Made by a program: the position numbers and the translations under genes | In this document: positions 16,654 to 21,645 of the stretch, one piece after another | Layout: the number at the start of each line of letters is the position of its first letter | Numbering within the stretch: position 1 is the stretch's first letter | The notes under the pieces: generated by a model | What the model saw: the letters and a program-made list of their open reading frames with translations, nothing else | Told to the model about the DNA's origin: nothing | Database searches by the model: none | Assembly (NCBI GenBank): GCA_016926735.1 | Contig: JAFGOA010000150.1 | Span: forward strand, 1-21,645 | Source of the DNA: Promethearchaeota archaeon | GTDB lineage: Archaea > Asgardarchaeota > Lokiarchaeia > Sigyniarchaeales > SOKP01 | Direction: 5' to 3' | DNA: 21,645 nt

Positions 16654-17721
16654 TTGATAATATGTACTAATTGTGGTTCAGTTAATGCTGACAATGAAGG
16701 AAGAATTTGTAGAAAGTGTGGAGCCCTTCTTCCAATATCATCAAAAACTCCTCGTATTAAAATTACTGCCGGTAAAAAAAAGAGTAAAAAAAAAAATATT
16801 GAAAATCATAATGAATTAATTAAAATTTCAGATATAAATAATAGTAGCAAAAAAAAACTCGATAATGATCTTAATAAACAATTAATAGGGGAAACTAATT
16901 TCTTTCATAGTCAAAAAAATCAGAATAAAAATAAAAAAGGGAAATTAGACCTTCAAGAAATACCAAAAGCTAATAATATTGAAATAGATAATTTTTCAGA
17001 AAAAGAATTTTCTCCAACAATCTCCAAAAAAGATACATTAGAAGAAATAGAACCAACTCCATATAATGGGGTAGTGTTTTCAAATAACATAACTGAAAAT
17101 TCTATAATAAAATCACAAAAGACTAAGGAAAAATTAAATCCTAAAATTGACCTAAAAATTAAACCTAAAAAACTGAATACACCAGATACGTCTAATACCG
17201 TTATAAGAAAGCAGGAACAATTGGAGAATGATATGAGAGATGTTTTAGGGTTTCTTTCTAAAAAATTAGAAATTCCTGAAGAAATAGCATCTCAAAAACA
17301 AAATAATAAAACATCAAAGATAAAAGAAGACATTAAACCTGAAAGCATGAACCAAATATTAACAAACCTTTTATCAATTGATATGCATATAGAAGCATCA
17401 GCAATAATTAAAAATGATGGATCGATATTAGCTTCAGCAATCTCCGATAGAATATCTGATACATTATTTGCTACAATCGGTCAAAACTTATCAATGATTG
17501 GTACAGATATTATTAATGGATTAAGTGCAGGAAAATTATTTTCTATAGCAATCCGAGGAACAGAAGGGGTATTACATTTAGCTCCCTTAGAGCAAAATAA
17601 TCCAAATTTAAATAATATGATCTTAATTATGTTTTCAAATCCAAAAGTTAAAAGCGGGATTGTTAATTTGGCAAAAAGTAATGTAAGAAAACAAGTTAAA
17701 AATTATCTTGGAATAGAATAA
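16654..17721 (+). CDS. Zn-ribbon + long low-complexity linker + Roadblock/LC7 domain protein
   Basis: N-terminal CTNCG...CRKCG; ~200 aa K/N/E-rich linker; C-terminal IEASAIIKNDGSILAS...GKLFSIAIRGTEG. TTG start with AGGGGA at 16641-16646. Confidence 0.88.
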   Translation: MIICTNCGSVNADNEGRICRKCGALLPISSKTPRIKITAGKKKSKKKNIENHNELIKISDINNSSKKKLDNDLNKQLIGETNFFHSQKNQNKNKKGKLDLQEIPKANNIEIDNFSEKEFSPTISKKDTLEEIEPTPYNGVVFSNNITENSIIKSQKTKEKLNPKIDLKIKPKKLNTPDTSNTVIRKQEQLENDMRDVLGFLSKKLEIPEEIASQKQNNKTSKIKEDIKPESMNQILTNLLSIDMHIEASAIIKNDGSILASAISDRISDTLFATIGQNLSMIGTDIINGLSAGKLFSIAIRGTEGVLHLAPLEQNNPNLNNMILIMFSNPKVKSGIVNLAKSNVRKQVKNYLGIE

Positions 17722-17735
17722 TATTATAAATTTTA

Positions 17736-18518
17736 TTATAATAATTGTTTTTGGAAGTTTAATTTATTAATTTTTTTATAATTGAAGATATTATAGTTAA
17801 ATTTTAATTCTCTTAAAAATGATTTAAGTTTATAGATTGAAACTAGAGGTAAATTATTTAGACTTATTTTAAATCCACAATCTTCGAGAGTAATAATTAC
17901 AGGTATAATTTTGATTGGTAATTTTTTTCTTAATACTTCAGGATATTTTGTTAGTTTATAAATTAGAGAATATAAAATTTCTTTATTTTTTTTAAGTGCT
18001 ATAACTCTCCTATATTGTAAACGTGCGGCTTTATTTAAGAAACTATAAGAATCTTTTTTATTATATTGTTTAGCATCTATTATTAATAAAATATTATTTT
18101 TTAACCCTATAACATCTATTTCATATTTTGTTTGATTTGTCTCATATTTAAAATAGGATTTATCAGAGAACCTATAGTTATTAATCACATTATATCCTTC
18201 TAATGTAAGAATTTTTTTAATCAATTGCTCAAATCCTTGATAATTAAGAATCTTTGAAAGTTCTATTATATCAAATTTAAGAAATTTTAGTGATTCTATA
18301 ATAAATTGTATTTTATTAATTGAAATATATTTATATTGTTCTTTTTTAATGAAGTTAAATATTGAGATAAAATCTTCTATTTTATCATAATCTAAATTAT
18401 TTAAAGAATCAAAATCTTTTATCAAAAACCATGGTTCATTTATATCCCTTTTTGAAATTCTTAATTTTTTGTAAATTTCATGAATAAAGATATTGATATT
18501 AAAATAATTGTTCTTCAT
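17736..18518 (-). CDS. PD-(D/E)xK nuclease, Mrr-like restriction endonuclease family
   Basis: GFEQLIKKIL, YEIDVIG and IIDAKQY. Confidence 0.78.
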   Translation of the reverse strand: MKNNYFNINIFIHEIYKKLRISKRDINEPWFLIKDFDSLNNLDYDKIEDFISIFNFIKKEQYKYISINKIQFIIESLKFLKFDIIELSKILNYQGFEQLIKKILTLEGYNVINNYRFSDKSYFKYETNQTKYEIDVIGLKNNILLIIDAKQYNKKDSYSFLNKAARLQYRRVIALKKNKEILYSLIYKLTKYPEVLRKKLPIKIIPVIITLEDCGFKISLNNLPLVSIYKLKSFLRELKFNYNIFNYKKINKLNFQKQLL

Positions 18519-18759
18519 TATAAATTATTCTGGGAAAAAAAAAATATTAGATAAAAGAGTCATCTAGATTTTCATAATCTTTAAAAAAACAGATAATCTT
18601 ATATCTTTGGGATTTACTTTTTAAAAAAATAATATTAAAATTTGAAAAGATAATATAATTTTTATTTATGTAATACATTTTATTACTAATTAAAATATAA
18701 TATTTTCCTCTTCACATTTTTCTAAAATATTGAAATACAATTCAAATTAAATAAAACTA

Positions 18760-20172
18760 ATGAAAATGGATAATAGAAACATATTAAAAAGCGTAATACT
18801 TTCAATCTTTGATGAAGATGGTCCAACACCTCTGATCTACTGGCCAGAAGATATGAATGATTCTGCAAAACTTCTGATTAGTATGAAAACAATTTCACTT
18901 CTTATGGGAGACAGTACCTATCAAGATAGTTATGAAACAGAAGGAATAAATTATTTTGGGATTATTCCTTTTCCAGATCTTAAATTAAACGGTTTGACAT
19001 ATTTTTTTTTAATACCAGATCCAAACGCAAGAGGAAATGCTAAAGCATCAACAATTACTATTTTAGTTGATGAAGATAATCGCACTTTTTTTTATGAAAA
19101 TATGAAATATTTAAGAGTTATAATCGATCGAGCAGCCACTAAAATTCAAAAATTATCAAATGAGGAAAACTATACTGAAATTATGTATAATTTAAAACAA
19201 GAATTAACGGATTTCATAGATGAACTTGAGAATCCATTTTCTACAAAACGAAATATTAAAATTATTTTTGCTGGGTTAGGAAAGGCTGGAAAAACAAGTT
19301 TTTTCCATGGAGTTAAAAAAAGATATTCAGAGATAATAAAAACTTTACCTACAAAGGGAGTAGATAGATATGAAGAAAATCTTCTTTCAGAAGATAATTC
19401 TAAGATTATTCTTTGGGATCTAGGAGGTCAAAAAAAATATATTGATAGATATCTAGAACAGAGAAAAATCTATTTATATAATTGTGATCTATTATTTTTT
19501 TTTATAGATATTCAAGATACAGAAAAATTAGATGAAGCTTTATCTTTATTTAAAAGAATAATAGATTCATTAATTGAGTTTGATGAATTTCCTCCTATTG
19601 TAGTGTGTTTAAATAAATATGATCCTGATTTGAAAGAATCAATAGAAATTAATGAAAATATTATGTATCTGACAAAAAAACTAAAATTATTAACAGATAA
19701 ATTCTTTGTCAAGATATTTACTACGTCTATTTTCGTACATTGGTCTCTTATTTCAGCATATTCTTTTGGGTTATCTCAATTAAGTCCTAATAGAGAATTA
19801 TTTCGCCAACAATTGAAGATTTTTGCAAAAATAAACGACACAGATGCTATTTTATTATTAAATGAAAGTGGGATTATATTATCGAACTATTCAAAAGACC
19901 AAATATCTGAAAAGGTATTCGAAATTTCAGCTCCTCATTTTCAGACTCTTTATAAGACGTTTAAGGAATTTAAACTACTTAAAAAAGATTTTATTGTTAC
20001 TTTTGGAGTAACAGATAAATCTAAGAAATTAATGTTTAAAAAAATTAAAGTGGATAAGTACAATTTATATTTATTATTATTATTAGAAGACAAAATAAAT
20101 ATTGAAAAAATTGAGAAAAATTTACCCAATCTTTCATCTAATCTTATAGAATTAATGAAAACCTATATCTAA
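18760..20172 (+). CDS. Three-domain protein: longin/uDENN-like + Rag/Arf-like GTPase + roadblock-like domain
   Basis: N-terminal IFDEDGPTP and PDPNARG. G1 GLGKAGKT, G2 PT, G3 WDLGGQ, G4 NKYD, G5 TSIF. C-terminal LSP...DAILLLNESGIILSNY. The start could be the second Met at 18766. Confidence 0.88.
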   Translation: MKMDNRNILKSVILSIFDEDGPTPLIYWPEDMNDSAKLLISMKTISLLMGDSTYQDSYETEGINYFGIIPFPDLKLNGLTYFFLIPDPNARGNAKASTITILVDEDNRTFFYENMKYLRVIIDRAATKIQKLSNEENYTEIMYNLKQELTDFIDELENPFSTKRNIKIIFAGLGKAGKTSFFHGVKKRYSEIIKTLPTKGVDRYEENLLSEDNSKIILWDLGGQKKYIDRYLEQRKIYLYNCDLLFFFIDIQDTEKLDEALSLFKRIIDSLIEFDEFPPIVVCLNKYDPDLKESIEINENIMYLTKKLKLLTDKFFVKIFTTSIFVHWSLISAYSFGLSQLSPNRELFRQQLKIFAKINDTDAILLLNESGIILSNYSKDQISEKVFEISAPHFQTLYKTFKEFKLLKKDFIVTFGVTDKSKKLMFKKIKVDKYNLYLLLLLEDKINIEKIEKNLPNLSSNLIELMKTYI

Positions 20173-20276
20173 TTTTTTAAAAATAACATTAAGATTTTTT
20201 TGGAAAAGAAACCCTATGAATTATAAGCCAATATTTTCATTATTTCTAAAAGAAGAATCAAAAAACAAACTAAAAA

Positions 20277-20918
20277 TTGATATATAAAATTTATCTTATG
20301 GATGGAGATAATGGAATATCTCTATTGGACATAACTTTTAAAGAATTTAAGAATAACCAAATAGAAACAATAATTTTGGATGATTTTTTTAATGCTATTG
20401 ATAAATTAATAAATAATATACATAAAGTAATAATAAAAGAGAAAAAAATAAGTAAAATTATTAAATTAATAGAAACAATTAATTCTACGATTATACTTCT
20501 TTACCATCCCAATTCTAAAATATTAATTGGTTCTATATCAGATGAAGAAGATAATATTGAAATATTAAAAGAGACTTTAAATAAAATTATAAATAGATTC
20601 TGGCGAAAATATCAATCTGAATTAGAAATATATCAAACTACAACAAATAAAATTCAATTTCAGATATTTAAAGCTGATATAGAAATTCTCACAATAGGGG
20701 GACAGATCGCTGTGGAATATCCAAAATTAATTATCATAAAAAATGTACTAAATAATATCAGGGCAATGGGTATAATTAATGATTTAGATTATTTAGTAGC
20801 AATTAATTGTAATGGGAATAATTCTCCTTTACAAATATCACGAATGCTTGAAAAATCTAAATTTGAGATACATGATGTACTAAATAAATTAGAAGGATTA
20901 AAAATTATAAAAAGATAA
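20277..20918 (+). CDS. Longin-like domain + C-terminal winged-helix domain protein
   Basis: Longin-type start IYKIYLMDGDNGISLL and helix LNKIINRFWRKY. C-terminal CNGNNSPLQISRMLEKSKFEIHDVLNKLEGLKII resembles a wHTH. Confidence 0.72.
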   Translation: MIYKIYLMDGDNGISLLDITFKEFKNNQIETIILDDFFNAIDKLINNIHKVIIKEKKISKIIKLIETINSTIILLYHPNSKILIGSISDEEDNIEILKETLNKIINRFWRKYQSELEIYQTTTNKIQFQIFKADIEILTIGGQIAVEYPKLIIIKNVLNNIRAMGIINDLDYLVAINCNGNNSPLQISRMLEKSKFEIHDVLNKLEGLKIIKR

Positions 20919-21020
20919 AATTCAGAAAAGATAAATTAATATTAGATATTTTAGAAAAAAATAAAAATTATGCAATATTTCTCTAAACATATTATTATGA
21001 ATATATAATATGTGCTTAAA

Positions 21021-21620
21021 ATGGTAGAAAAAATTGTATCATTAGTGAAATCTCCGGCAAAAACTCATCATTTACGAAAAGGAAATGGTTTTTCTAAGGC
21101 AGAAATAAAAAAAGCAGGAAAGTCAATACAATTATTAAAAGAATTGAATGTAAAAATAGATTATAACAGAAAATCTGCATATGAAGCTAATATTAACCTA
21201 TTAAAGGGATTAAAATCAGAAAAAAAAAGTAATCAAAAAAGAGAACCATTTGTCAAAAAGGAGAAGAAAAAAACACCATTCCAACCAAAAGATTCTAAAT
21301 CAAAAAGAAAAACAGTAAAAAAGACTCCAGTTAAAAAGCAAGTTTCTAAACCAATACCAAAAAAAATAATTATCAAAGAAAAAAAACCAGTTCAAAAGAA
21401 AATATTACAAAAAATCCCTAAGCCTGAAATATCTGGAATTCCTCTAACAAACTTGTCTGGTTTAGGTCCTAAAACAAGTGAGAAATTCAATGAGGTTGGA
21501 GTAAATTCTGTTGAGGATTTATTAAAAGAGAATCCTGAAGAATTAGCTACTTTAGTTAAAGGATGTTCTATTGAATCTATAAATAAATGGGTTGAAGAAG
21601 CAAAAGAATTAGTAAAATAA
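21021..21620 (+). CDS. rpl13e: Ribosomal protein eL13 (L13e) fused via a Lys-rich linker to a helix-hairpin-helix domain
   Basis: RKGNGFSKAEIKKAG and IDYNRKSAYEANINLL match the eL13 core. LSGLGPKTSEKFNEVGVNSVEDL is an HhH motif. ATG at 21021; alternative GTG at 21012. Confidence 0.85.
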   Translation: MVEKIVSLVKSPAKTHHLRKGNGFSKAEIKKAGKSIQLLKELNVKIDYNRKSAYEANINLLKGLKSEKKSNQKREPFVKKEKKKTPFQPKDSKSKRKTVKKTPVKKQVSKPIPKKIIIKEKKPVQKKILQKIPKPEISGIPLTNLSGLGPKTSEKFNEVGVNSVEDLLKENPEELATLVKGCSIESINKWVEEAKELVK

Positions 21621-21645
21621 TTCAAAAGAATTTTTATAAATTAAA

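Noticed and set aside
17736-18518. Restriction-modification or defence island
   Set aside because: A solitary nuclease with no methyltransferase, integrase, flanking repeats or other defence genes nearby.
19512-19712. 66-aa minus-strand ORF
   Set aside because: Antisense shadow within 18760..20172.
21392-21625. 77-aa minus-strand ORF
   Set aside because: Antisense to the HhH domain of the eL13 fusion.

Overview
A very AT-rich archaeal chromosomal window with about 21 protein-coding genes. I saw no rRNA, tRNA, CRISPR array or transposase. The gene content points to an Asgard archaeon, probably Lokiarchaeia: Alba, UPF0147, eL13, an archaeosortase and a stand-alone MtrH, together with four small GTPases and several longin and roadblock domains. 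Housekeeping genes include an M42 peptidase, a YkgJ-family protein, an AIR-synthase-like protein and an ACT-hom-(LOG-like)-thrC cluster. The most striking signal is a set of three GTPase genes fused to one N-terminal longin/uDENN-like domain. In two of them this domain carries a D-x-x-[AR]-R-G loop resembling the arginine-finger loop of the eukaryotic GAPs folliculin and SMCR8. Two of the three fusions are longin + Rag-like GTPase + roadblock and one is longin + Rab-like GTPase. A plain Rag-like GTPase, a Zn-ribbon-roadblock protein and a longin-wHTH protein lie nearby, so the window may encode a proto-Rag/Ragulator/FLCN-GATOR-like module. Two reading frames missing from the ORF track were also found: a decayed double zinc ribbon in frame behind the archaeosortase stop, and a TAA-interrupted small membrane ORF. 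All family assignments come from reading motifs by eye; no database search was run.
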